Assembly (NCBI GenBank): GCA_964637445.1
Contig: CAZWWS010000001.1
Span: 29,004-93,003 of the forward strand
Length of the DNA stretch: 64,000 nucleotides
From: an uncultured Muribaculum sp.
GTDB lineage: Bacteria > Bacteroidota > Bacteroidia > Bacteroidales > Muribaculaceae
Direction: 5' to 3'
The position numbers and the translations under genes are program-made. Below are positions 17,652 to 27,513 of this stretch, in pieces. The number at the start of each line of letters is the position of its first letter. The stretch's first letter is position 1. The notes below the pieces were generated by a model, which was given only the letters and a program-made list of their open reading frames with translations, was not told the DNA's origin and searched no databases.

Positions 17652-18860
17652 TTATTGCATCTGTATATAATCTTTTGCCAATCCCCCTTCACTCGTTTCT
17701 TTATAAAGTGACGGAAGATCGTGCCCGGTTTGTTTCATCACTTCCACCACTTTGTCAAACGAAACTCGATGTATCCCATCAGAAAATGCTGAGTAGGTAT
17801 TGGCATCAAGGGCTCGTGCTGCAGCATAGGCATTTCGCTCAATACATGGTATCTGTACAAGGCCGCATACAGGATCGCATGTCATCCCAAGATGGTGTTC
17901 AAGTCCCATCTCGGCGGCATATTCTATTTGAGCCGGGCTACCTCCGAATAATTGGCTTGCCGCCGCAGATGCCATCGAACATGCAACTCCTACCTCAGCT
18001 TGACATCCGGCTTCTGCTCCTGATATCGATGCGTTGTGCTTTACTATATTACCCACTAATCCGGCAGTGGCGAGAGCTCGCAATATCCGTGTGTCTGAGA
18101 AGTCTCGACTCTGTTTTATGTGATATAATACAGCCGGAACCACTCCACAAGCTCCACAAGTAGGGGCGGTGACAATCTTTCCTCCGGAGGCATTCTCTTC
18201 TGCTACGGCAAGCGCGTAAGCAAACACTAATCCGCGTGAGCGCAGATTGTCGCGATAACCATTCGCTTTTATATAATAGTTTGTGGCTTTACGACGTAGA
18301 TTTAGCGGACCGGGAAGTGCTCCTTCATGTTCAAGTCCGCGTTGCACAGCATCTCGCATCACCGACCATACTTCTGCTAAGTATTCCCAAATATCATTGT
18401 CTTCACATTGCTCTACATATTCCCAATATGAGCGACCTGTTCGCTCGCACCACGACAATATTTCAGTCATCGTATTCATATCGTAGATGCTTGGGGATTC
18501 ACTACGATTTTCACCATCCTCAGCCAATGCGCCCCCGCCGACACTAAACACTATCCATTCATCTGTTGATTCTCCGTTTGATCCAATCGATCGAAATGTC
18601 ATGCCATTGGGGTGATATGGAAGAAATATGTGAGGCTGCCAATCTATAACGACTGGCGCATGTGGCTCAAGAGTGTCTATTATGGCTCGATCTGTCATGT
18701 GGCCACGTCCGGTAGCGGCAAGACTTCCATATAGTGTGATATTGAAACTTTTGGCTTCGGGATGTCGAGCGAGAAATATCTCTGCCGCTTTGCGTGGCCC
18801 CATTGTGTGGCTACTTGATGGTCCTGTGCCGATTCTATATAATTCTTTTATGGTTTTCAT
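17652..18860 (-). CDS. sdaA: L-serine ammonia-lyase (iron-sulfur dependent, single chain)
   Basis: The 402-aa protein starts MKTIKELYRIGTGPSSSHTMGP and has the Cys-rich Fe-S motifs TAPTCGACG and IPCIERNA. Confidence 0.93.
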   Translation of the reverse strand: MKTIKELYRIGTGPSSSHTMGPRKAAEIFLARHPEAKSFNITLYGSLAATGRGHMTDRAIIDTLEPHAPVVIDWQPHIFLPYHPNGMTFRSIGSNGESTDEWIVFSVGGGALAEDGENRSESPSIYDMNTMTEILSWCERTGRSYWEYVEQCEDNDIWEYLAEVWSVMRDAVQRGLEHEGALPGPLNLRRKATNYYIKANGYRDNLRSRGLVFAYALAVAEENASGGKIVTAPTCGACGVVPAVLYHIKQSRDFSDTRILRALATAGLVGNIVKHNASISGAEAGCQAEVGVACSMASAAASQLFGGSPAQIEYAAEMGLEHHLGMTCDPVCGLVQIPCIERNAYAAARALDANTYSAFSDGIHRVSFDKVVEVMKQTGHDLPSLYKETSEGGLAKDYIQMQ

Positions 18861-18881
18861 GTTTCTCTTGGTTTTACTCTA

Positions 18882-18889
18882 CAAACATA
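18882..18889 (-). promoter_or_regulatory. -7 box TATGTTTG (minus strand), proximal sdaA promoter
   Basis: A TAnnTTTG match lies 22 nt upstream of the sdaA ATG, outside the IR-flanked segment. Confidence 0.4.
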
Positions 18890-18960
18890 GCTCAATTTCC
18901 CCAATTAGACAATAGGTTACAAACATTACATTGAAATTAATTTTGTGTTGATAAGTGTGC

Positions 18961-18979
18961 ATCTCTTAGTAAGAGATAT
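18961..18979. repeat. left arm of a perfect 19-bp inverted repeat
   Basis: ATCTCTTAGTAAGAGATAT. Its reverse complement ATATCTCTTACTAAGAGAT occurs at 19124-19142. Each arm is itself an 8-1-8 palindrome. Confidence 0.85.
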
Positions 18980-18991
18980 TTTTTTGTATTG

Positions 18992-18999
18992 CAAAATTA
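18992..18999 (-). promoter_or_regulatory. -7 box TAATTTTG (minus strand) inside the IR-flanked segment
   Basis: This is the only TAnnTTTG match I find on either strand between the two repeat arms. It points toward sdaA and away from the GT2 gene. Confidence 0.4.
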
Positions 19000-19123
19000 G
19001 CTAATTAATTGAAATTGAGACTATAGTTAAATAGATTTTTTATAAAAATGTTTAGCAAAAAATGATAAATGCCATACATTCATAAACATTAATGCGCTGA
19101 TAATCAGATAAAACGTCGTATAG

Positions 19124-19144
19124 ATATCTCTTACTAAGAGATAT
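19124..19144. repeat. right arm of the inverted repeat
   Basis: ATATCTCTTACTAAGAGATAT ends 17 nt before the GT2 ATG. Confidence 0.85.
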
Positions 19145-19161
19145 ACATAAAATTGGATTAA

Positions 19162-20100
19162 ATGAAAAAAGTAACAATTCTGATACCGGCTTATAATGAA
19201 GAGCAGTCAATACCGGCTCTTTATGAGGCGTTGCATAAATTGATGGACTCCAATTCTGCTTACGATTGGGAAATACTCTTTGTCAATGATGGCAGTCGCG
19301 ATGCTACGCTTGATGTAATCAAACGACTGCGAGTCAGCGATAAACGCATTAACTATGTGAATCTATCGCGCAATTTTGGCAAAGAGAATGCTATGCTTGC
19401 CGGATTTGATTATGCTAAGGGTGATTGTATGGTCATTATGGATGCTGATTTGCAGCATCCGCCAACAGTGATACCCGAAATGCTCCGCTATTGGGAAGAA
19501 GGGTATGAAGATGTATATGCACGTCGCAAAGAACGAGGCAAAGAATCTTTGTTGCGAAAAAAATTTACAATGGCGTATTACTCATTGCTACAGAAGTCTA
19601 CACGAATTGACATCTTGCAAAATGTAGGTGATTTTCGATTGCTTGATCGTCGATGCATCAATGCTATCTGCCAATTGCGTGAAACGCAGCGATATACCAA
19701 AGGATTATATTGTTGGATTGGTTATAAAAAGAAAGATGTTTTGTTTGAACAAGGAGATCGGACTCAAGGTGAATCGTCATTTAATTTCATGGGGTTGTTT
19801 AACCTTGCAATAGAGGGAATCACGAGTTTTACCACGGCTCCATTGCGTATGGCGACTTTCCTCGGCTTTTTAGTATCGATTATTGCATTTCTATACCTAT
19901 GTTTTATCGTAATCAAAACAATATTTATCGGTGAGTCGGTACAAGGGTATCCGACATTGATGGTTGTGATGCTATTTCTTGGCGGAGTACAACTAATCTC
20001 GCTCGGTATCATAGGGGAGTATGTAGGACGAATATTCAACGAGACCAAAAATCGTCCGGTTTATATAGCAGAATCATATAACGAAGAAAAAATAGTATGA
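19162..20100 (+). CDS. family 2 glycosyltransferase, polyprenyl-phosphate sugar synthase type (GtrB/ArnC-like)
   Basis: The 312-aa protein has ILIPAYNEE, VNDGSRD, MDADLQHPP and two C-terminal TM helices. Confidence 0.88.
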   Translation: MKKVTILIPAYNEEQSIPALYEALHKLMDSNSAYDWEILFVNDGSRDATLDVIKRLRVSDKRINYVNLSRNFGKENAMLAGFDYAKGDCMVIMDADLQHPPTVIPEMLRYWEEGYEDVYARRKERGKESLLRKKFTMAYYSLLQKSTRIDILQNVGDFRLLDRRCINAICQLRETQRYTKGLYCWIGYKKKDVLFEQGDRTQGESSFNFMGLFNLAIEGITSFTTAPLRMATFLGFLVSIIAFLYLCFIVIKTIFIGESVQGYPTLMVVMLFLGGVQLISLGIIGEYVGRIFNETKNRPVYIAESYNEEKIV

Positions 20101-21722
20101 ACACAAAGAATAAAATATCAAATATTTATATTACAAACAAAATCGAATGTATTTTTTTTGTTGTAATAGGTGTGCTGTTTTACGCTATTAATAGTTTGAG
20201 TGAAATAAGTTGGGATGATTACTATTATATGTTTATATGTGAAAATGAAAATTTTTTTGGAGACTATAATAGGGAATACGTGTATAATTTCTCGGATGTA
20301 ATAAAATCTCAAATTAATCATTGGAATTATGTTAATGGTCGATTTATTATTCATGTTATAGTACAAGTGTTTGTTTGCTTGTTTGGGCTTACCTCATTTC
20401 AGATCTGTAATTCGGTAATGTTTGTTGTGCTGATGAAATATTTATGTAAACTTTGTATTGGTGAGCATCAGAGAGGTGATGTCAGATATTATATACTACT
20501 CTTGACTATTATGTATGTGATGCTGGGATTTATGAATGTCGGTTTAGGCTATGTGACAAGTATTGCGTTTTCTGTTAATTACTTATGGCCATCAACATTG
20601 TTCGTGTGTTATATATATAATTACTACAAATATAAAGATATTGAAAAGAATGTTACGTTAATTAAGCGTATAGTGTTATTTCTATTCGCAATTTTAACAG
20701 GGGCAATGAACGAATCATTTTCAGTGGGTTTATCTGCGGCATTGTTTATATATTATCTGATTCATACCCACAGAACAAGGTTTAAGGGTATAGTCGCATT
20801 ATTGACGATTGGATTATGGATTGGAACTACCATATGCTGTGTAAATCCGGCTAATATTGGTCGTTTTATGGGAAGTAATGACTCTAATTTGATCCGAGAA
20901 TTGTCTTTACGTATACTATGGTTGGGTTCTAATATTGAGTTATTAGTGCCGATCTTTAGTGTAATTATATTAATTATAATAACCAATATACGAAACATGC
21001 AGTTGGTGAAAGAATTGAAAAATAAGTACATGGAATTAATAGTAGCGATTGTATGTACATTCTTATTTTTGGTGGCAATTGGTTTAAAAGGAAATATGCA
21101 AATGTTTATCAGTTGTACACTATTGAGTATAATCTTAACCTACAAATTCTTGGAAAGAATTCTTGATAATCGTTTGAAAAAAAATGTGATAAAAATATTA
21201 ACGATATGCTTATGTGTGCATTATATTGTAGTTCTTGGATATTCCTATCGGCAAAATAATGATTATAATTCAAACATAAAAGAATATTTGTCTACTTTTG
21301 GAGTTATTGAATATGATTTACCGCAAGCACCACCAATAATAAGTTCGTACGGATTATGTTTTTCTGATTCTCGGAAGGATTTTATTTATTCAGGTCTTGA
21401 ACTCGTGTATGGATATAAACCAAAGTTTATACCCAATCGAAGTATATTAGAAAATATTGAAAATGAAATTGCGTATGATGCTGGTTGGTGTTATGTAATA
21501 GCGACTCCTGCAAACGTAAAATATGATTTTATAGTTAAAAATTTCACTCATAAAAATTGGATGTTGAAATTATGGAGTAGAGTATCAGAGTCTGCTACAT
21601 CCCAATTTGTTTTGGAATCATATGAGGTTGCATACAATAATAGGAAGTATACTATTGCTCTAAAGAATAACAATGCGTTTGACTATCACAAAATTTCCAT
21701 TATTAAGAGAAAAGAAATTTGA
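20097..21722 (+). CDS. polytopic membrane protein, probable GtrC/ArnT-like glycan-modifying transferase
   Basis: The 541-aa protein has ~11-12 TM segments plus a ~150-aa C-terminal soluble domain. Its ATG overlaps the GT2 stop (ATGA). It is visibly more AT-rich than its neighbours. Confidence 0.55.
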   Translation: MNTKNKISNIYITNKIECIFFVVIGVLFYAINSLSEISWDDYYYMFICENENFFGDYNREYVYNFSDVIKSQINHWNYVNGRFIIHVIVQVFVCLFGLTSFQICNSVMFVVLMKYLCKLCIGEHQRGDVRYYILLLTIMYVMLGFMNVGLGYVTSIAFSVNYLWPSTLFVCYIYNYYKYKDIEKNVTLIKRIVLFLFAILTGAMNESFSVGLSAALFIYYLIHTHRTRFKGIVALLTIGLWIGTTICCVNPANIGRFMGSNDSNLIRELSLRILWLGSNIELLVPIFSVIILIIITNIRNMQLVKELKNKYMELIVAIVCTFLFLVAIGLKGNMQMFISCTLLSIILTYKFLERILDNRLKKNVIKILTICLCVHYIVVLGYSYRQNNDYNSNIKEYLSTFGVIEYDLPQAPPIISSYGLCFSDSRKDFIYSGLELVYGYKPKFIPNRSILENIENEIAYDAGWCYVIATPANVKYDFIVKNFTHKNWMLKLWSRVSESATSQFVLESYEVAYNNRKYTIALKNNNAFDYHKISIIKRKEI

Positions 21723-21748
21723 GAAATCAAAATGACAATCAAAATAGC

Positions 21749-21776
21749 AAAAGGTTGGCTGTGGCCGACCTTTTTT
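21749..21776 (+). terminator. intrinsic terminator
   Basis: AAGGTTGGC-tgtg-GCCGACCTT followed by TTTT. Confidence 0.6.
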
Positions 21777-21799
21777 GCTGTAATGTGGATGGAATTTAC

Positions 21800-21807
21800 T
21801 ATCTTTG
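21800..21807 (+). promoter_or_regulatory. -7 box TATCTTTG
   Basis: A TAnnTTTG match lies 26 nt upstream of the ATG at 21833. Confidence 0.4.
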
Positions 21808-21832
21808 CATTCAATTTGATTAATATATAAGA

Positions 21833-23770
21833 ATGATGTTGAAGATTAAGCGACTATATACGTTTATGTTACAGAGCTTTTTGCCTCTGTTTCTTATGAC
21901 GTTTTTTATATGTCTCTTCATCATTTTGATGCAATTTTTATGGCGATATATCGACGAATTGGTCGGTAAGGGGTTGGACGTGATTGTTATTGCCGAATTG
22001 TTTTTTTATGCGGCATTGACTATGGTTCCAATGGCTCTTCCGTTGGCAATATTGCTTGCATCACTGATGACGTTTGGAAATCTCGGTGAGCGCTTTGAAC
22101 TCACGGCAATGAAAGCTTCCGGGGTGTCGCTCTTGAGAACCATGCGTCCGTTGATAGTCCTAATGGTTTTAGTTGCAATTGGGGCATTCTTTTTTCAAAA
22201 CAACGTGCTTCCATTGGCGCAAACGAAGATGTGGACGTTGTTGTATTCAATACGTCAAACATCACCAGAACTCGATATTCCCGAGGGTGTTTTCTATGAT
22301 CAGATTCCAGGATATAACCTGTATGTAACGCAGAAAGATCGTGAAACAGGAATGATGCACGATATGATGATCTATGATGTGTCGAAAGGCTTCGATAATG
22401 CGAGCATCATACTTGCTGATTCCGGTAAGATGTCTTTTACTGAAGATAAGACTCATCTGTTTTTGCAACTTTGGAATGGTGAATCATTCGAAAACTTACG
22501 AGAACAGACCGGTGCGCAGACAAACAAGAATGTGCCTTATCGTCGTGAATCATTCGACTCGAAGGAGGTTATGATTGCTTTTGATGCTAATTTCAATCGT
22601 ATGGACGATGATGCGATGCGTAATCAGTATGTAGGTAAAAATATTGAAGAGCTACAAGCTACAATCGACTCGGTCAATCTGCGTATCGATTCCGTCGGCT
22701 CGGCTTATGGCAAGATTCTGAAAGAAACGCCATATTTTGGTTTGCCCTATAATCTACATAAGTATCGCAATGGAGAGCACACCACCGAACGCAATCGAGA
22801 AATCGTGTTGGAAAGGCCTCTTGATGTCGACTCTGTTTTTGCCGGAGCAAGTGCCGGATATGCAAAGAGCTATTTGCAACAGGCTTTGTCTAAAGCGAAA
22901 CGTACTCGTCAAGATTTTGAATACAAAAGCTATACGATGAAGGACGATCGCAAGACCATACGTCGTCATGCTATCGAATTGATGAAGAAGTTTACACTTT
23001 CATTTGCTTGCATTATCTTTTTCTTCATTGGAGCTCCTCTTGGTGCAATCATCCGTAAAGGTGGACTTGGTATGCCACTTGTGATTTCGGTATTCCTATT
23101 CATCTTTTATTATATCATTGACAATACCGGATATAAGATGGCGCGCGAAGGGCGCATAGAGGTATGGCAAGGTATGTGGCTGAGTTCTGCGGTTTTGCTC
23201 CCGATGGGCATTTTCTTTACTTATAAGGCCGTCAATGATTCTTCTGTATTTAATCGTGATGCTTATGTCAACTTCTTCCGCAAGCTTATCGGCAAAAATG
23301 AGACTCGCCATCTTACTATGAAAGAGGTGGTGATGGATGAAGTGGAACTCCTGGAAGCTTACGAGATGCTCGCATCGTTAGATCAACATTGCACATCTTT
23401 TCTTAAACAATATGCAAAGCCTCAAAGCTATGTGACATATTGGCATAGTGGTTATGATCGTCGAGAGATTCATGCGTTATCGTCCGAATTAGAACGTGTG
23501 GTTGACTATCTATCCAATTCGCGCGATAAGATGGTGATAATAAAGTTGATGGATTTACCTATTTTACGTAGTTTGTGGCTCTATCACCCTACCAACTATG
23601 GATGGATAGGTTATGTGGCAGCTGTGTTATTCCCGATTGGACTGCCACTATATTTGATGGGTTTGCGTAGCCAGCGCAAATTTAAGGATGAAATACGTTC
23701 TGTCGCAAATATTGTGAGAGAGCTTACAACATTATTGGAAAAGAACACGTTAGATAATAAAGAAGCATAA
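21833..23770 (+). CDS. LptF/LptG family permease (long Bacteroidota form)
   Basis: The 645-aa protein has a YjgP/YjgQ-type N-terminus (LKRLYTFMLQSFLPLFLMTFFICLFIILMQFLW), a periplasmic beta-jellyroll region, C-terminal TMs and an extra C-terminal extension. Confidence 0.85.
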   Translation: MMLKIKRLYTFMLQSFLPLFLMTFFICLFIILMQFLWRYIDELVGKGLDVIVIAELFFYAALTMVPMALPLAILLASLMTFGNLGERFELTAMKASGVSLLRTMRPLIVLMVLVAIGAFFFQNNVLPLAQTKMWTLLYSIRQTSPELDIPEGVFYDQIPGYNLYVTQKDRETGMMHDMMIYDVSKGFDNASIILADSGKMSFTEDKTHLFLQLWNGESFENLREQTGAQTNKNVPYRRESFDSKEVMIAFDANFNRMDDDAMRNQYVGKNIEELQATIDSVNLRIDSVGSAYGKILKETPYFGLPYNLHKYRNGEHTTERNREIVLERPLDVDSVFAGASAGYAKSYLQQALSKAKRTRQDFEYKSYTMKDDRKTIRRHAIELMKKFTLSFACIIFFFIGAPLGAIIRKGGLGMPLVISVFLFIFYYIIDNTGYKMAREGRIEVWQGMWLSSAVLLPMGIFFTYKAVNDSSVFNRDAYVNFFRKLIGKNETRHLTMKEVVMDEVELLEAYEMLASLDQHCTSFLKQYAKPQSYVTYWHSGYDRREIHALSSELERVVDYLSNSRDKMVIIKLMDLPILRSLWLYHPTNYGWIGYVAAVLFPIGLPLYLMGLRSQRKFKDEIRSVANIVRELTTLLEKNTLDNKEA

Positions 23771-23773
23771 TAT

Positions 23774-24988
23774 ATGGAAAAAATAACACTAAACACAATA
23801 GAGGAGGCGATTGCTGATTTCCGCGAGGGTAAGATGGTGATTGTGGTCGATGACGAAGATCGTGAAAATGAAGGCGATATCATAGTCGCTGCTGAAAAGA
23901 TCACTCCTGAGCAAGTAAACTTTATGCTCAAAAATGCTCGTGGTGTACTTTGTGTACCGATAACAATATCTCGATGCAAAGAACTTGAACTTGATTATCA
24001 AGTCCAAAACAATACTTCGATGCTCGGAACGCCATTTACGGTTACAGTCGATAAACTCGAAGGCTGTTCTACCGGAGTATCGATTCAAGATCGGTGTGCT
24101 ACAATTCGAGCTCTTGCCGACCCGACGTCGAAACCCGAAACATTTGGACGCCCGGGGCATATCAATCCGCTATACGCTCAAGATAAAGGGGTACTTCGTC
24201 GCGCCGGGCATACCGAGGCTGCTGTAGACCTTGCTCGTCTTGCCGGACTGCAACCGGCTGCGGCGTTGATGGAAATAATGAGCGATGATGGATCGATGGC
24301 TCGTCTCCCCGAACTTCGTCGACGTGCCGATGAATGGGGTATGAAACTTGTGTCGATTCGCGATCTTATTGCCTATCGTTTGACTCAAGAGTCGCTTGTG
24401 GAGCAAGGAGTTGAAGTAGATATGCCTACGGAATATGGGCATTTCCGTCTTGTCCCATTCCGCCAAAAGAGCAATGGGCTTGAACATATTGCTATAATCA
24501 AAGGAGAAATCAATCCGGATGAAGAAGTGCTCGTGCGAGTGCATTCATCTTGTGCTACCGGTGACATATTCGGCTCTCAACGATGTGATTGTGGAGAACA
24601 GTTACACAAAGCTTTGCGCATGATAGAGCGTGAGGGTAAAGGGGTTGTGGTCTATCTCAATCAAGAGGGCAGAGGTATCGGTCTGATGGAGAAAATGAAG
24701 GCCTATAAGTTGCAAGAAGATGGTATGGATACTGTTGATGCAAACATTTGTCTCGGCCATCAAGCTGATGAGCGTGACTATGGTGTGGGGGCGCAAATTC
24801 TCCATCTCCTCGGGGTGTCGAAGATGCGTCTTATGACCAACAATCCCGTGAAGCGTGTTGGCCTTGAAGGGTATGGCCTTACTGTGGTAGAAAATATCCC
24901 CATTGAAATTGAACCGAATGAATACAATCGTTTTTATATGCATACCAAGAAGCAACGCATGGGACATACTCTCGAGCACGTTGACTAA
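23774..24988 (+). CDS. ribBA: bifunctional 3,4-dihydroxy-2-butanone-4-phosphate synthase / GTP cyclohydrolase II
   Basis: The 404-aa protein has [24 protein letters not shown] and the zinc site CDCG... Confidence 0.95.
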   Translation: MEKITLNTIEEAIADFREGKMVIVVDDEDRENEGDIIVAAEKITPEQVNFMLKNARGVLCVPITISRCKELELDYQVQNNTSMLGTPFTVTVDKLEGCSTGVSIQDRCATIRALADPTSKPETFGRPGHINPLYAQDKGVLRRAGHTEAAVDLARLAGLQPAAALMEIMSDDGSMARLPELRRRADEWGMKLVSIRDLIAYRLTQESLVEQGVEVDMPTEYGHFRLVPFRQKSNGLEHIAIIKGEINPDEEVLVRVHSSCATGDIFGSQRCDCGEQLHKALRMIEREGKGVVVYLNQEGRGIGLMEKMKAYKLQEDGMDTVDANICLGHQADERDYGVGAQILHLLGVSKMRLMTNNPVKRVGLEGYGLTVVENIPIEIEPNEYNRFYMHTKKQRMGHTLEHVD

Positions 24989-25008
24989 TATAGGGTAGAT
25001 AGTATTGA

Positions 25009-25929
25009 TTAAGGAATGCGGTAAGATCCTTGCCGTATTCCTTTTTCTTTTATGCGATTTTGTAGGAGATTGGTGAATTGATAGTTTTTCAATCCCCATC
25101 GTGGAGATATAAGAAGTTCGTCGGGCGATTGAGATACAAAACGTTCGATAGCAATCGATGGAGCTGTGTGTTCGATGATACGACAGCATAAGTCGATATA
25201 GCTATCAGGCGTAAACTGCCTAATAGTGTAGAACTTTTGTTCGATGTCGCGAGCGAGGCGTGTGCCTCTGATTATTTGTAGCTGGTGGAGTTTGAGTGTT
25301 GAAATTGGTAGCTCTGAAACGCGATCAATAGTAGTAAGTATCATTTCGTCGTCTTCGCCGGGAAGTCCGACTATAAGATGAAGTCCTACCGGAATATCTC
25401 GCATAGCTGTACGCCGTACTGCATCAATGGTGTCTTGCCATGTGTGGCAGCGATTGATGAGCTGGAGAGTCGAATCGTGTGATGTTTCAGCACCATATTC
25501 GATCATCACAAATTTTTCGTGCGTCAATTCTTGTAATCTGTCGAGAAGCTGGTTAGGGACACAGTCCGGGCGAGTACCGATGATAAGACCTTCGACCAAT
25601 GGTTGCTCTAACGCTTCTCGATATAATTTCATGAGGCGGTCGATGTCGCCATGTGTATTAGTATAGGCTTGAAAATAGGCGAGATAGCGCATTTCGGGAT
25701 ATTTTCGCGCAAAAAATTGCTTCCCTTCTTCTATTTGCTCAGCAACCGACAGCCGAGGGGCACAATAGGATGGATTGAATGTCTGATTATTGCAATATGT
25801 ACACCCACCGATTCCTTTAGTTCCATCGCGATTAGGGCAAGTGAAGCCCGCATTGATAGCGAGCTTCTGAACCTTGTATGGGAAATATCCGGCAAGGAAA
25901 TCGGCAAAGTCGCGGTATCCTTGAGCCAT
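25009..25929 (-). CDS. radical SAM protein, TIGR01212-like
   Basis: The 306-aa protein has the Cys cluster FTCPNRDGTKGIGGCTYCN. Confidence 0.85.
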   Translation of the reverse strand: MAQGYRDFADFLAGYFPYKVQKLAINAGFTCPNRDGTKGIGGCTYCNNQTFNPSYCAPRLSVAEQIEEGKQFFARKYPEMRYLAYFQAYTNTHGDIDRLMKLYREALEQPLVEGLIIGTRPDCVPNQLLDRLQELTHEKFVMIEYGAETSHDSTLQLINRCHTWQDTIDAVRRTAMRDIPVGLHLIVGLPGEDDEMILTTIDRVSELPISTLKLHQLQIIRGTRLARDIEQKFYTIRQFTPDSYIDLCCRIIEHTAPSIAIERFVSQSPDELLISPRWGLKNYQFTNLLQNRIKEKGIRQGSYRIP

Positions 25930-25931
25930 GA

Positions 25932-27005
25932 TTAGAGATGTGTAGTCTTGTTGGCAAGATATGCATCGAGAATGACAATGGCAGCCATAGACTCGACGAT
26001 AGGCACAGCTCGTGGAAGAACGCAGGGATCATGACGACCGCGAGCTTTTAGAGTAATAGCGTTTCCATCGCAGTCTATAGTGTCGACCGGACGAAGTAGT
26101 GTGGCTACCGGTTTGAATGCTATGCGGAAATATATGTCACTACCATTTGAGATGCCTCCTTGTATACCTCCCGAATGGTTGGTCGTAGTGGAAATTTTTC
26201 CATCATTATTGACGAATGTATCGAGCATTTCGCTCCCGCGACAGCCCACACCATCAAAGCCCATTCCATAGTCAAATCCTTTGGCGGCGTTGATTGAGAG
26301 CATCGCAGCCCCAAGTGTTGCATGAAGCTTCCCGAATGCCGGTTCGCCAAGTCCTACCGGACACCCTTTGACTACGCCGGTGATTACTCCGCCTATGGTA
26401 TCGCCATCGGCCTTGACCTCGGTTATGAGTTGTATCATCCGCTCAGCGACTTCTTGGTCGGGGCAACGAACGATGTTGCTCTCGATTGACGTAGGATCGT
26501 ATTTTGTATAGTCGTTCGATAAGGCTATGTCTCCAACTTGCGACGTGTAGGCGTAAATGTCGATGCCAAGAGTCTTAAGCGCTTGAAGAGCAAATGCACC
26601 GGCAACGACTCTTGATATGGTTTCACGTGCCGAGGAGCGTCCTCCGCCACGAGGATCTCGCAAGCCATATTTCGATGTGTAGGTATAGTCGGCGTGTGAT
26701 GGACGGAATGTGCGAGCTATCTCAGAGTAATCGGTTGAATGATGGTCTTCGTTGAATACTACAAATCCAATCGGTGTTCCGGTGGTCTTGCCTTCAAACA
26801 GACCGGAGAGTATCTGAACTCTGTCTTTTTCATCGCGAGCGGTGACGATGTTCGACTGCCCGGGACGACGACGATTGAGCTGATATTGTATTTGTTCGAT
26901 ATCAATAGGTATGCCTGCGGGCATTCCGTCGATAACGCCACCGATGGCTGTGCCATGCGATTCGCCGAACGTGGTGACGCGAAATATATTACCAAAACTA
27001 TTCAT
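25932..27005 (-). CDS. aroC: chorismate synthase
   Basis: The 357-aa protein has [19 protein letters not shown] and GRHDPCV. Confidence 0.95.
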   Translation of the reverse strand: MNSFGNIFRVTTFGESHGTAIGGVIDGMPAGIPIDIEQIQYQLNRRRPGQSNIVTARDEKDRVQILSGLFEGKTTGTPIGFVVFNEDHHSTDYSEIARTFRPSHADYTYTSKYGLRDPRGGGRSSARETISRVVAGAFALQALKTLGIDIYAYTSQVGDIALSNDYTKYDPTSIESNIVRCPDQEVAERMIQLITEVKADGDTIGGVITGVVKGCPVGLGEPAFGKLHATLGAAMLSINAAKGFDYGMGFDGVGCRGSEMLDTFVNNDGKISTTTNHSGGIQGGISNGSDIYFRIAFKPVATLLRPVDTIDCDGNAITLKARGRHDPCVLPRAVPIVESMAAIVILDAYLANKTTHL

Positions 27006-27495
27006 CTTCGTGTGGTGTAACTATAAGGTGAACTACCGAGGCGCGTACGTAATCGATAAGTGCCTGCGGGGATATTTTTAGTTGAAGTCCGCGCATGCCT
27101 GCACTGACAAAAATATGATCGAAGTCGAGGGCTGTTGTGTGAAAAAATGTAGGGAATGCTTTCTTCATCCCAATAGGTGAGCATCCGCCACGGATATAGC
27201 CGGTGAGGGGTAAAAGTTCTTTCATCGGAATCATTTCAGCCTTTTTTGCTCCGGCAGCACGTGCAGCAGCTTTTAAATCGACCTCTGTATTGCCCGGAAC
27301 CACACATACGAAATAACCGCTTTTGTCGCCATGTAGGACAAGTGTCTTGAATACTTGGTTTATATCCTCTCCAAGCGCCTCTGCTACATGGTCGGCGGCG
27401 AGATTGTTCTCGTCGACTACATAGGGTACAAGCTCGTAAGGTATTTTTGCCTTATCGAGTAGTCGTGCGGCATTGGTCTTTTGTATGGCTGCCAT
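26998..27495 (-). CDS. ybaK: Cys-tRNA(Pro)/Cys-tRNA(Cys) deacylase YbaK
   Basis: The 165-aa protein has KTLVL...VVPG...DLKA...GGCSPIG. It overlaps aroC by 8 nt. Confidence 0.85.
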   Translation of the reverse strand: MAAIQKTNAARLLDKAKIPYELVPYVVDENNLAADHVAEALGEDINQVFKTLVLHGDKSGYFVCVVPGNTEVDLKAAARAAGAKKAEMIPMKELLPLTGYIRGGCSPIGMKKAFPTFFHTTALDFDHIFVSAGMRGLQLKISPQALIDYVRASVVHLIVTPHEDE

Positions 27496-27513
27496 AGTAC
27501 GAATAATTTCAGA

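Noticed and set aside
18961-18986. The left repeat arm plus T7 read as an intrinsic terminator.
   Set aside because: An 8-bp AT-rich stem with a 1-nt loop cannot form a stable hairpin. No + strand gene ends upstream of it, and the same palindrome recurs 163 bp away without a T tract.
20097-21722. The AT-rich gene read as part of a mobile island.
   Set aside because: The window has no flanking direct repeats, tRNA, integrase or transposase. Part of the AT bias may reflect the Ile/Phe/Asn/Lys/Tyr-rich membrane-protein composition. I kept it only as a compositional observation.
23771-23773. An FMN riboswitch expected upstream of ribBA.
   Set aside because: Only 3 nt separate ribBA from the preceding gene, which leaves no room for an aptamer. 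ribBA appears to be co-transcribed with the LptF/G-type gene.
23611-23979. A 122-aa minus-strand ORF spanning the lptF-like/ribBA junction.
   Set aside because: It is antisense to two well-supported genes, and its translation is Ser/Ile-rich with no motifs.
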